A stretch of DNA of 61,127 nucleotides, the filler included. It is 13 parts of 13 records of this genome, joined end to end, with 100 filler letters (N's around TTAATTAATTAA, not from the genome) between each part and the next. Parts side by side here need not be neighbours in the genome. Positions count along the whole stretch, not along the records: positions 11,186 to 16,918 come from SRR7504441_947; positions 17,019 to 20,384 come from SRR7504441_948; positions 20,485 to 24,069 come from SRR7504441_951; 10 more parts are not named here. One strand, given 5' to 3'. A program made the position numbers and the translations under genes. Shown here piece by piece: positions 11,274 to 24,169 of the stretch. The notes beneath the pieces were generated by a model. The model ran no database searches. It had not been told where the DNA came from and saw only the letters and a list, made by a program, of their open reading frames with translations. The first letter of the stretch is position 1. Each line of letters opens with the position of its first letter.

Positions 11274-14200
11274 TTATACACATATCTTGACGACCTTGCC
11301 AACTCGAACTAGAATATCGCGTACTAACCTCCTCACCTCGATCTTATTACACTCCGTGAGCTCCACCACGGCGGAGTAGATGTGCGCCTTTAAGTGGCGC
11401 TCAAACTGCTCCTCGTCGAAATTCTTGATGGCAGTTAAGATCTGTACTACCACAGGCGTGAAGGCCATCATCTCGGGCATCTCCTCGGGAAGCATTGTCG
11501 GCTTGAGAGTCTTGGTGATATACCTTCAGCCACAGATGAGTGAGTGGCCCAAGGAGTCACTTGGCGCACCTTTCTGTGATCGTGTCCATCGTCGACAGCA
11601 GTCGCTGCTCAGCAATCTCTCTTCTAACAGGCACCTCGATCTCCTTCTCTTGATACAGATTGGACAGGATGTTCAAATAGACCTAGCCCTAGCATGTGAG
11701 CAGCCCTCAGCCGAGCCGCCAGCACCTTGAGCGCCGACGTCTCCTGCTCGATCAGGTCAGGCATCTCCTGTATCAATTCAGGATTCCACAACTTAGTCCG
11801 CGCGCCCCGATTCAGGTTGAAGTCATGCGCAAACCTGCCAACAGATCTCATCAGACATCCGGCTAGCACGGCGCTCACCTGCAAGCGCCCTCTAGGCACT
11901 CCACAAGGACCAAAATGTGCCTCGAGAGCAATCTGGATCCATGTGACTCGTAAATTTCACCACTCACCTGTTAAGCCTCCAGTCAGAGCTGGGCCTAGCC
12001 AACTAGAAAGCACCTTTATGAGCAGCAGCTGCACCGTGCACATGAGCCTCATTGCCTCAAACTGCACCTCGTTGGGAGGCTCCCACTTATTGGCAGGCTC
12101 AGTGGAGCTGGTAGGCTCTTCATCGTCCTGCGACGGTTCCTCGCAGCCCTCCCCTTCCTCGTCTTGTTCTTCTGATCCTCGCATGTCTATCAGCTCTTGG
12201 TCGGCAGCAGCAGACTTGACTGCCGCATCAACAAACTCCCGAGGAGTTGAGGTCTCAAAGATGAGCCCCACCACCTTGAGCAGCGTGTCCCACATGTCGT
12301 TGGTCAGCCTCTCACCCAGAGAATTGACCAAATAGTCGAGCATTTTCATCCCAACCAGTGCGAGCTCAAGGTCAGGCTGCGCAATCATGCTGTACATATA
12401 CATCACCAAATCCTCCCACAAAGGATGCAGCCGCTCCAGGTGATGTCCAAACACATCGATCAGCAATGTGACTGCTGTGCCACACGACTTGTCTATCCAC
12501 TCTTGCCGCAACTTCTCGTCCGCTGGGCGCGTTCGAGTCCCTTTGGCCCCATCTACCGTCTCAAACACTACTTGCTTGAGAACCATCTGCCATATATCTG
12601 TGTCCCACATATGTCCGTGCTCACTCAGCAGTCCGAACAGCGTGCTAACCCCTTGTGAACCAATCGCAGCTCTAGCATCCCATGCGATTACCCTAAAAGC
12701 TGAAAGCACTGTGCACCAAACTTTGCCCTGTCCGTCAGCAAAGCTGAACGTGCCACCCGACGGAGTGCACGATGGCACAGCCCCCTCAGCTAGCTTCTCG
12801 CAGAAGCCTCTCAAAAGCTTGATGGCCTTCACACCCACTGCTGTGTCATGCGGGTTTCCCGCAAAACAAGTGGCGCAGTCGACCAAATGCTGCCAGTATT
12901 CGGATACCCCAACAAAGTGTGCCCCGACAATATCTTCGAAAATCTGAAAGCCCACAAGGCAGATGTTAGGGAAGTTATCGGTTGCTGTGAGCGACAGGAC
13001 TTGCATCGCAGTCTCCCAGCCGGACTTGAGCTGAGCCCCTTTGGCTTGGATGACCTGCTGAAAGCAACGGACCACCAGCTCGTGGGCATCCTCTGTTTCA
13101 TTACTCTGCAGAATCCGGATAAAAGGGCTGAGGAAATCCTTTTGAAATGTGAAGCTCTCCAACTCATCCTTGGCCAGGAACTTGATGGCGAGCTGCCTCA
13201 GAGAGTCAATCGCATACATGGAAATGTGGCTGTTGGGATGGCATCCAGCCTTGAAAAAATGCTGGGACATAAGCTGCCAGATCCGGAGCCAAACAATCCG
13301 GATCCTGTCCATGTTGTAGTGTGCCACCTCGACAATCTTCTGCGAGGTGAATATACGAGGATCCTTGGGGTTGTGGATCTCGCCGAGCGCCACCATACAG
13401 AGTTCATTCACAAAGTCTACGATACACTCGGAATTGTAGTGCTTAGAGTTGTTGAAGATTGACTCAATCGAGCTCTCGTTGATCTCGGCCATTACCCTGG
13501 CTGCATCCTCCCTGGAATCGATAGGTGCCAGGAAGCCACTGTCCCGCTCTTCTTCGGGCTTCTGGCCCTTTTGGGGAGTCACTGGCTTAGCAAAGGTATG
13601 GCCAAAGAATTGAGCCTCATCTGGCGCCCCAGTGCTGATCAGCCTGAGCCTTTCGACTTGAGAAATACACGTCAGCACCTGATTCCATGTGCTCTGCAGA
13701 AAGTTGGCCTCTGTAGTTGCTATGTTGAGCAGTGTATTGATCACAAGTACATTCTTCCCGTTCATCTCCCGCAATGTTGACAACTGGGTGAACTTTGAGA
13801 GCGAGGTGATGAATGCGTCGCGCTCAGTGGACATGTAGAAGATGCACGAGATATGGATCGCGGCCTTGAAGCCATCCAAGCAAAGATTGCACACACTCTG
13901 CTCACCCGTCTGTTCGAGATACTGCGAGAAGCCAGATAGGAACGGCCACCTCGACACCTCGAACATGGGGCGCACGTGCTCTGAATGGCTGGCAACATGA
14001 TACTCTGCACGTGTCCTCGCCTTGTCGTCCATGGTCTGCCGCATCTTGAGGATTGCATTAGAGGATTCTTCTTCCCAGCGCTGTGCACGCATTTTGGGGT
14101 CCATTGCTGTGCTGGCCTGGTTCCCCCCTTCAAGGTTGTACCACGAAATATCGTCATCCTTGAGCTTGATCTCGTCATTCTTGATTGAACTATAGATTCC

Positions 14201-16842
14201 AGCCAGAAAGTCTGGATCGAGATCACCTCCATCGTTCACACCGCGCAGATTGTTTTTGAACTGCTGCTCGGTCATCCTTTCCTTGACCTCTGGGTGATGC
14301 AGGTCTGTGTTCAGCATCATGATTGAGTACGATAATACGTATGCTGCGTCTGCGTTTTTGAAATAATGCTCCGGTTCTGGACGGTGCTCTTTGGTCACCT
14401 TGAAATACTTTTCCGAGAACTTCTCCATGATGGGATCAATCATGCATGCCTCTCCAGGGAGTCTGAAAGAATTCAGGAACATTCGGATCGCGTCAATGTA
14501 AGATGCATCTGTAAAGTTCAAGTACTCGGTGAACTCGTGAAGCACCTCTTTATTGAAGTCCTTGGACCGACCCAGGTACTGCCCAATCGAGTTCTTGGAT
14601 AGTCCTTTGAATTCGTGGAAGAAACGTGCCACATCGGGAGGGTTCATCTCGACAAACCCTTTCTCGGCAAAGTATTTAAGCCCAGATCCTGGGCTTTCGG
14701 AGAATAAGTTATGCCCTTTGACAATGATATGTTTCTGAATTCGCTCCTTCTCAAACTTCTCGGCTTCGTTCACCAGCTGAGCCACACCACAGTCAATTCA
14801 GCCACTGCGGCCAGCTCACCTCGCTCGAACCATCTTCCTCAAAATCAGCATTGAACTCCTCGTCCTCTTCAGCGTCAATGTCTATGGCCCCGTCTGCTGG
14901 CCTCAGCTCCGGCGAGACTTTAGCGAGCATGTTATCCACCCACTGGGCCATGCTGGTCGCAATCACCACCAGACTCTTGAGTGCTTCGTGCATCAGGTCG
15001 TGCTCCTACAGCCCGCTCGCATATAACCCAGCCTGGGGCTTGCCTGAGAAGCAAACAGCCCGGTGTTCTTGACGTGCACACCCTGGGCGATCCGTGAAAG
15101 AGTGTTGACCAACGCTTCGTACAGGTCATCAAATTCGAGGTCGCAGTCATAGTTCACAAACAGCTCGACCTGGAGCCAGGCTCGCGGCAAGGTAGAAGCA
15201 GGCCTGTCACCAGATTGCGTGAGTCCTTGACGAACGAGTTGATGGTCTGAAGCACAAGAAGCTTCATTGTAAATGAAGAGTTGTCGGTCTCAAGTGTCCG
15301 AAGCAGCACCGAAGAGAAGAAGATGCCCACCTCGGCCTTGAGGTTGTGCTTGAAGTGATGGAGCAGCGTCTCGAAGATTTTGATAATCAATTTGAATATC
15401 GCAGGCACCGCTGAGACAGAATTCTGACCCGTGCCCGTCAGCCCCCGTCGGGCTGGCCTGCCAAACCTGGACCAGGGACATGCAAAGGTACTGCTTGACC
15501 GCAAAGATGCACCGCTCGGATGCCTTGAACACCGGCCCGGCTGACTTGAGCAGCCCATCCAACAGTTCGAGCGACAAGATCTTCATCCGCATTGAAACGT
15601 TCTCAATTGTCACGCCTGACCCCCCGCTCGCCCCGGCACCGGTCGCTCACTCCACCTTCAAGCAGCGGCTTCATGGCCAGCTTGCACAGCGCCCGGAACA
15701 GCAGGATGGCGTCCTTCATCAGCACGTCCCCCCGCGCATCCATCTCCTTCGTGGAGCTGGACGACACCGACGACACCACCGCACTGTCGCCCCTCGCCAT
15801 CAGGTTGGCCGCGGAATCGTTCCGGTCCCGGGTCTCCTCTAGTGGCTTGAGTGCCTCCTCGCTCTCCTGCGGCGAGGCAGGCTGCAGTGTCTCCTCTGGC
15901 TGCACATCAGCCTCCTCCTTCTCTTCAGCAGGACTCCCAGAGTCCTCAGTAGTGTCATCAGGAGCGCCACTGTGCCCGTTCTGGGCCAGCCCAGCCGGCT
16001 CCTCGGACTCAGCCATGGGCATCTCCTCGGCATAGACCACCTCAGCCTCGTTTTCATCAGCTCCGTCGACAGCCCCATCTGCAGGTTGGCCTGAATCCTC
16101 GAGTGAATCTGGCTGGCTGCGTGCCGAAAAGTGCCGCTCCATGCTGTCGAATACGGCGGAGAGCATCTGGGACAGCGCGGCCCGGGCGATGGCCTGGTTG
16201 GTTGGGCTCTTGGTGGTGAGGTGGATGTGGCAGCAAGTGCGAACTGCCAGCTGCAGCTGTGTGTCATGTACCTGCACACAGGCGGGTCAGACCAGCAAGC
16301 CCGGTCGCCGGATGCTCTGCACGCGGGGAGCGCAGCCAACAAGGCGCTACAGACGCACGACACAGCAGCCACGCGCGAGAGGAGGAGGGCAGTCGCCGCA
16401 GGGGCGGATGCACCTCGCACTTCTCCGAGGTCACGGCCGTGAGCAGCGCCTGCAGCACCTGCAGCTGCACGGCGTCGTCGGTCTCGTGAGAGCACTCGCA
16501 GACCGCCTCCACCACCACATCCATCAGGGTCTTGCCGCCCCCGGCCGCCTGCATATCGTCCAGCGGCATCTTCAGGAACCCGAAGGCCATCAACTTGGAG
16601 AGGCAGTCGATCGCGATCACCATCACGCCAGGGAGCTTCGATTTGCACGCCTCCTTCAGCGGCTGAGCGCACGCCTCGGGGTCGATGTCGGGGTCAGCTT
16701 TGATCGCAGCGATAGCGGCGGTGCAGGTGGTGCGCAGCGCCTTCTGGATGGCGGTCAGCCGATTGAACATGGACTCGTCCTTCCCACATTCAGTGTAGAT
16801 CTTCTCCAGCGCGCGCAGCACCAGCTGAGCGTTGCCACTCAT
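11274..16842 (-). CDS. ARFGEF: Brefeldin A-inhibited ARF guanine nucleotide exchange factor (BIG/Sec7), multi-intron
   Basis: DCB N-terminus (PLKEACKSK...IAIDCLSKLMAFG, VQLQVLQALLTAV), HUS box (ELFVNYDCDL), Sec7 motif FRLPGEACMIDPIMEKF and YVLSYSIMMLNTDLH, HDS1-3 (ERDAFITSLSKFT, QKIVEVAHYNMDRIRIVW, DSLRQLAIKFL, LKSGW), and a C-terminal EVRRLVRDILVRVG. Confidence 0.95.
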
Positions 16843-17133
16843 CCTCGCGCCGCCGGTGCTGTCTGCCCAGGAGTGCCCGCCAGCACTTGTCTCGGACCAG
16901 GCTGGTGGTGTTCGGTTGNNNNNNNNNNNNNNNNNNNNNNNNNNNNNNNNNNNNNNNNNNNNTTAATTAATTAANNNNNNNNNNNNNNNNNNNNNNNNNN
17001 NNNNNNNNNNNNNNNNNNCGCCACGTGATTAGCACGTGTCTAGACATGCAGGCCGACTGCTTGGAACCAGATTGTACATGGGCGTTTCGCAAAGTTGAAC
17101 CGCGGCGTTCGTGCTCATTGAAGCATTGGCTAG

Positions 17134-20100
17134 CTAGGAATCGCCCAGCTCATCGTCGGAAGACGAATCAATCACACAAGCCTTGCGCTTGCTAGGCTGG
17201 TAGCCCAGATCATCGCCGTACAGATCCGTTGAAAACTGAGCGGCCGACTCCATACCACTCCACAACGGCCCAGCAGATAGCAGGGCCATCAGCTCTTCAG
17301 TAAGCCCAAACTCCTCCCCAAGGCATCTGGCCTGGCGCACACAGTTGCGCCTCGAGCGCCCGCCGCTTCCTAGCTGATTAGGATCAGTCACCACTCTGTG
17401 TGTCATCTCGAAATAAGGCTGGAAATCGAGTGACAGGAGCGACTTGGTGAGCCGGAAGTGAGGCGCCACAGATGCCCGCCAGTGTCCCATTTGAAGCTGT
17501 CCCTTGGCGGCTTGAGCCCTCCGCTCGGAGTCAAGTAGGCACACCGATGCCTTGCACGGCTGAGCGCAGTACCCCACGCTGGCCGCGGCTTGCACAGCGT
17601 GGATGCCTACTTGATAGCTCAAAGCAATCATAGCGCTCGAGTGCTGCAGCTTCGAGCCTGGATACTCCGAATGCCAGCCTTGGTAGGATTCCTCGTCCGA
17701 CCACACGTTCGAGTGGGCGGTCCCAATCACATCTGCGACTGCAAACCCATCAGCGCAATTGGCCATCGCCTCAAGCACTGCACAATCTGCTTGTTTTCTG
17801 CTATCCTCAGTCAAGCTGTCCAGGCTGAGATGAGGGTCGCTCATCAGGTCCAGGTACCTTTCAGTCAACAGCTGAGAGCTCTTTTCAACAGTTGAGCTCA
17901 GCCAATCTGGACCTGCCCGAGTGACCGCAGGAGCCAGCAAGGTGGTCTTGAGCTGGCTTCTGCTCAGCGGGGTGTCGAGCGACGAAGCGAAGCGCCGACC
18001 AGACGCACTCGGCTCTGTTGCAGCATCGGCTAAATCGAACTGCAGCGTGTTGAGAACCTTACGCATGTCGTTGTCGAGGGAGGAGATCAGATCCACGAGA
18101 TCCACGCCAGCACCAATCTCGATGCCCTCGACAGCGCAGATCGCCTTGACGTGCAGAAGGAGCGAGGCCACATCCGGGCGGTCGAGTGCCCTGTGCTCCA
18201 CGCCGTTGATCTTGGTGAGCTCCTTGTGCGATCCGGTAAGCCGGTTGCAGGTGACCACAATCGGGCACTTGGCTGCGGCCATCATCTTGGCCATTGCGCC
18301 AAAGAAGCCTCTGTCTTCCTCGAGCAGCAGATCCGCCTCATCGAACAGGATGAGCGGTGCAGAGGTGGTGCTGCTCTTATCCACCGCGTCACGGTCTTTC
18401 TTCTTGCGCCGCTTCTTCTTGGGGACTGCGCCTTTCACTTGGCTAGTCCACTCGACCCCAACTGAACGCGACAAGGTGGCCTCGCGGAACATTTGCATCA
18501 CTTTGGCTCCCGACCTGTCCTGCGAGGCGTTCACCTCGATGATGTTGAACCCCAGTTCCGACGCGCACGCGTGCACCATCGAGGTCTTGCCGACCCCTTC
18601 CGGCCCGGTCAGCACCATTGTCCGATACGTCTCGTCCTCATCCGACGTGTCACCCTCGCTGTCGGCCCCGAGCCGCCGCCCGAGCTGCCAGATTCGGCGT
18701 GATTCGCGGAGCCAGCACATGAAATGCACCACAGCGTCTCTGTTGCCGCAGATGTCTGTCGACTGGAGCGGTTTGTACCTCTCTGTCCAGAGCGCCGACT
18801 GATGCAACGCAGTGTTGGCACACCGATGCGCATACGATTTCATCAGGCCACAGAGCCTCTCGGCGGTGACGGCCGGCATTGGGACCACGTTGTCCTTGAG
18901 GGCTCGGGCCTGAGCGACCAGGAACTGCTCATCCGTGCACTGAGCCTCTGTCCAGCGCTCCCCTCGGGTAAAGCTACACTTGTCGGCTGAATCGTCTGCA
19001 GTGTCTTCTGCCCCAACCCCATCCGACGCCACCGCGCTCCAGCCAGTTAGCCGCTCCCTCGCTGGACTGGCTTTGGCGCGAGTCGGCACCGCTGCGAGGG
19101 CCCATGGCCCACAGCCTACCTGGCAGCTGTTCACGGCACTGTGGCTCGCCACTTGCACTGAGTCGGGCTCCGTGCGCTCCGGCTGGCCGGGTGGCGCCTC
19201 GAGCTGCTGGACATGTCCGACTGAGCTGAACTCGAGCAGCTCAAACCGCTGGCCGCTGCAGGCCTGCTCCGCCTGCACCTTCTCGGCCCTGCCCCCCAGC
19301 TCTCAGCGCCGAACCGCATCCGCGGGGCACCGCTGCGCTTCGCGCTTCATGGAGAAGAACCCGTGGACTTGCGCCGCGCCCTGCGCCTCGCCCTTCTCGG
19401 CTCTGTGCTTGGCGACTGCCTCCGACATCCGTCTATCGGCTTCGCGCCTCGCCTGCCCGCACTGTCGGCAATGGGTAGACAGGCCTAGCACCTGCAGCCG
19501 TTTCCGGTTCTGCTCGATCGCCTCCTCTGCTGCACGCTGCTTGGCAACCTCGGCCTCTGCTGCTAGCCTGCCAGCCGACTCACACGGGGATCCACACGCC
19601 TGCTGGGAGGCACCGGGCTGCTTCGGCCTCTTCCTCCTCCTGCTTCCGCTTCGCCTCCTCCTCCTTCATCTTCGCCTTCTCCGCCTTGGTCATGAAGAAA
19701 GACTTCATCGCCGACTTTCGCCGCTTCTTGCTCTGTCCCGCCGGCTGGCGCCCGGCGGCTGCCCGCTGGCCACCTGCACAGGATCCTCGTCCAGCTCCAC
19801 GTGCTCCACCGCCGCCGCGGCCGCGCCTGCGCCAGCCGGTCAGCCCGTCGCCCCAGCGCTCGTACACACCCTCCATCAGCTGTCGCACCCGGCTCGACCG
19901 GCGGCGGGTGCCGTCGAGCGCTTCAGGCTTACGCGATTGCTCAACAGGGGTGTTGTCGTCGAGTTGCTTGAGCTGCAGCCGACCACCGGCCTCGGCCTCC
20001 TTTGCCTCGTCGCCACTCGCTGCGCCAGCCGCTCAGCAGTTGGCGGGCATGGATCCACCTTGGGCGCTCTCCGGGGGCTCGGCGGCCTCCTCGGCTGCGG

Positions 20101-20239
20101 ACGGCTCGACTGGGGCGGCCTCGACGGGGGCGGCCGGCTCGTCCTCGGGGACTGGGGTGTCGCTGCTGGGCGGGGGCGCGGGGGCTGGCTCCTCTTCGCC
20201 GTCAGAGGCCATCCAGTCGCTCTCCTCTTCGGAGCCCAT
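17134..20239 (-). CDS. ATAD5: ATAD5/ELG1-like RFC-family AAA+ ATPase (PCNA unloader)
   Basis: LWTERYKP box II, Walker A GPEGVGKTS, EVNASQDRSG, Walker B ILFDEADLLLEEDRGF, KCPIVVTCN and DMRKVLNTLQF. Acidic/low-complexity N-terminal exons start at probable ATG 20239 (MGSEEESDW). Confidence 0.85.
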
Positions 20240-20484
20240 CGCGGAGTGTGGCAGTTCAAAGCTGCTGTTGCCGTTAGTGAGCTGCCGTTGGCCTTCGGGC
20301 GACCACCGCCGGCAAGCATTGCGCCAGCAGGACTGGGAGCATTGCAAGCATGCCGATCCGGCCGTGGCCGACTCTTGTGCTGGTNNNNNNNNNNNNNNNN
20401 NNNNNNNNNNNNNNNNNNNNNNNNNNNNTTAATTAATTAANNNNNNNNNNNNNNNNNNNNNNNNNNNNNNNNNNNNNNNNNNNN

Positions 20485-23400
20485 CCACACAGAGCATCGG
20501 GGGACACTCGTCTCAATTGTGTGAGGCACTTGGCATACTCAATGGCGGTTGCTATCCCAACTCTGTCAGACTTGTTGAGGCCGTCCAACCTCTTGTCAGC
20601 TGTGGCAACATTGCCGCTCCTGGACGACTCTGTGAGTGAAAAGCACTGAGCAGTGAGGGCAATGGCGCGCGTCCTGTGTTCCTGAAGCCGAGCAGACACG
20701 CTCTCGAGCTCTTCCTGTAGCGACTGATGCTCCTCCGGGAGCTCCACGCACGTCATGGCGGACCCTGAAGCGAGGAAATTCAGGGAGAACAGCGACACAA
20801 ACCAGCACTCAGGCAAGCGCTGCAGATCTTCACAGAGTGCCTTGGCATTGCCCAGCCGACGACACATCCCAAAAAGTCCCCCTGAATTGGTCTTACTAAA
20901 ATGCGCTGCGACAACAGCATATCAGTAACAGCTGGTCATAGCGGACAAATATGGGCACCTTCCTTCATCAGGTTTGCGATGGCAGCCTCAATGACACCCT
21001 GAAGCGGAATGGTCCCGCAAGATAAGGCTTCGATTACGGCGAGTACGCGACACTCAAACTCGACTACAGCGCCAATGGTCGACAGAACAGTGCCTGCGAC
21101 CACCCACAAGCAAGTAGCATCATGATTTTCTATCAAGTCCACCCCAACACCGTACACAAGACCGGCTTCGGACCGCAAATGCTGATTCAGCAAGTCGGCC
21201 AGGACTATGCGTAACACGTGGGACTGCAGGCGTGCCTGCATCACCCGCAGCTCCAGCTCCAGCTCTTCAGGACACCACGTAGGCCGTCGCTCGGTTTGTA
21301 TGCTGAGTAGAGGGCCGAGGCTGGCTGGCCAAAACATTTGCACCTTCGCACACTGCATGCTACCATGTGCGAAGACCTTGTAGGTGATGCCCGGTGGGAA
21401 TTCAGGAATCGTGACATCCGGCGTCACTGCAGCTGGCTCGAGCGCCGGCAACGAGGCTGGCGCTGCTCTGGTACTTGGGGCAGAAGTCTGCTCCGCTGTG
21501 CAACGCGGGATCGAGGCAAGATAACGCTCCATCTGGTGCACCATCTCCTGGATCTCGTCAGAAGAAAGCTTCTCGCATGTAATGATAACTGTAAACTGCG
21601 CAGGGTCGTTGAAGAGTGTCGTGTTGAAGAACTCAATTGCCTCAGCAAAGTCGCATTGCTCGATATCTTCTACGGTGATCTGGGTGAAGAGTGGATTGTT
21701 CTTCCAGAGCAACTGCTGCACTTGCGAGTCCATTGAATGGTCCTGTCCCTGACGGACGTTTGTGGCTTTCAGTGCCTCCTTTATGGATTCTATTTCCTCC
21801 GGCAAGGGAACACGTACAGGTACCACAAACAGATGATGCAACAGTTCGAACGTTAGAGCCATGCGGTGCATTGGCAGGTTGATTTTCATATACCTCGAGT
21901 CCGCATTTGTCTCGCATTCTTCGATCATCACCAGACAGTTTAGCATGAATCGTTCGAGCTGCTCAATTTTAAATCCTGCCAGTCCAACCATTAAAGCAAT
22001 AGAACAGGACAGGCGAGCTGCAATGACTGATTTGTGCCCTTGGGCTAGCGCTGTGATTCCTGGATTGCCCACCAGCCTTAGACTCGCGCCCCATACTGTC
22101 TGAATATTGTCCGACTCTAACAGCACTGTGTCATGCGGCTCGTATCTGACAAGCATCCCATTGCTCAGCTGCCACTGGCGGTCCTGAACTGCAGTGCATG
22201 GTAGCTCTGTGGCCTGTCCAGCGGGAAGCAGGCACTCCTGAGGGAACTGGTCTAAACTGGACAGCTCGCAGAGTTCGTCTGCGCACTGTTCAAGTTCACT
22301 GCTTTTGACCTGTTCCCAGAGGGTCTCCACCTCGGCCTTGCTGACGCAGTCCGTGAAAAGTGCCAGCACAGTGTCCGTTCTGTCATTAACGAGCCGCTGC
22401 ACCTGACTTCGACTGAAACTGGGCTTCATACGTTTCCAGGCTGCCATGACGTAATCTTTATCGCACCGCTGCGGTAAGGCCTTGTCGCCTTGCCATACAA
22501 CCGACTCAAGCTCCTCCACATGTGCTGAAGAGGACTGCGAATCTCTCCGCTCAACCATCGTCATCAGTATGTTCTCGTAAAACGTCCCAAGCTCAAGCAG
22601 CTCAGAATCGGAAAGGCCGAACCGACGGATTCGCTCGAGCTCAGTCAGAACAATCCGGGTCTGGTCCAGTACAGCCTCGGTTCTCTCTTCAGTCTGAGAG
22701 TGTATGGCCATCAGCTCGATGTGCCGGGCCTTCAACTCTAAATCAAGTATCTCGCATGCGGCTGTTTGCCGCTGCAGTCTGTGCAGCCTCTGGCACAGCA
22801 CGGTGGTCACCAACCCTCCCAAAAGGGCATCGATGTCGTGCTCAATGCTGTAACAGTCCGAGGGCTCGTTCTTCCTCCTGACAGCAATCACCAGATTCGC
22901 CACCCCGGGCATGTCACTCGCACACGGCTGCACAAACACCAGCTGCTGCCCTTCCGTAGCACCAGCCCACACATCCGCGCAACACGGGAGCTCCGGTGGT
23001 GGAGCCGAGGGCGCCGGCACAGACCCAAATTCGTCCGCAATCATGGCAACCATGTCGTCGGCTGATTCGAAATCGCCCACCGCAATCACAGTCACGCGCG
23101 AAGGCTGGTACCAGGTGCTGTAGAACCGGCGCAGCGCGGCCGAGTCCGCACTGGCCACCACCTGCGGCGAGCCGGCAGGCGACCTAGTCGAGTGAGTGAG
23201 GCCTGTAAGCAGTAGCTCGACCATCTTGCTGCCAAGCGCTGAATGTTGTCTGAGCTCCTCCAGCACCACCCGGCGCTCCACCCCGACCATCTCCTCGTCC
23301 AGGCTAGCCCCGAACATCATCTCGCTCAGCATCCGGAGCGCGGTCCGCGAAGCGTCACCGCCGCGGCTTGGGTCGTCCGAACGCCACGGCACATTTAGTT

Positions 23401-24025
23401 TATAGCTGGTCATTTCGTGACCCGTCCACGCGTTGTTATCCGCCCCCGGCGCGGCCCCGATCGCCTTCATGAACCGGTCGATCTGCCCGTCCGCGAAGCT
23501 GGCCGTCCCCCTGAATACGCAGTGCTCCAGCGTATGCGCTAGCCCGCGTTGAGCCTCAGTCTCTTGTAGCGAGCCGGCCAGCACAACAGTCCGGAGCTGG
23601 ATCTCCTGACTGGGGTGCCGGTTGAGCCGCACCAGGTAGCGCACCCCGTTCGGCAGCCGCCCGTGCCGCACCGCTGGGTCCTGCTCCGGCCGCCACTCGG
23701 GCGGGGTGAGTACCGTCCGGCTGGCGGCCCGGCCGAGCGGCCCGGACAGCAGCGGGGGCAGGTCCTTCATGGACACGTGCCCCGGGATGGACGGCACCGA
23801 GGCCGACCGCTGGAGCTGCCGCCTGGGGCCCGAATCGGGCTGGCTGGCCGGCACCGAGGCGGCCCTTGTGAGCGTGTGTTTTGGCTTCTGGGCGGCGGCC
23901 CGGGCGAGGGTTCGCTTGTGCAGGTGCAGTCGGAGCAGCCCCCAGCGGGAAGGCTCCGCGGCCGGGCAGCCCTCCCACTCGTCTTGCAGCTGGTCAAGCG
24001 CGCTTCGGCTCCGGCGGAGCTCCAT
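20485..24025 (-). CDS. M16 family zinc peptidase, PqqL-like; 3' end runs off contig
   Basis: GRLPNGVRY, AGSLQETEAQRGLAHTLEHCVFRGT (inverted HxxEH), NAWT...TSYKL, ERRVVLEE, FYSTWYQP...VIAVGD, second-half LSNGMLV and LRSEAGLVYGV. A GT-AG intron near 20906-20958 joins ORF 20433..20867. Confidence 0.85.
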
Positions 24026-24169
24026 GTCTCTCCGGTCCGACCCTATGCCGGCTCTCCGATCCGACCCTANNNNNNNNNNNNNNNNNNNNNNNNNNNNNNN
24101 NNNNNNNNNNNNNTTAATTAATTAANNNNNNNNNNNNNNNNNNNNNNNNNNNNNNNNNNNNNNNNNNNN

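Noticed and set aside
18980-20440. Long antisense or overlapping ORFs (e.g. 18980..20440+, 17921..18802+, 50028..51107-, 46533..47480-)
   Set aside because: These are shadow ORFs expected from high GC and codon bias opposite real genes, and they carry no domain motifs.
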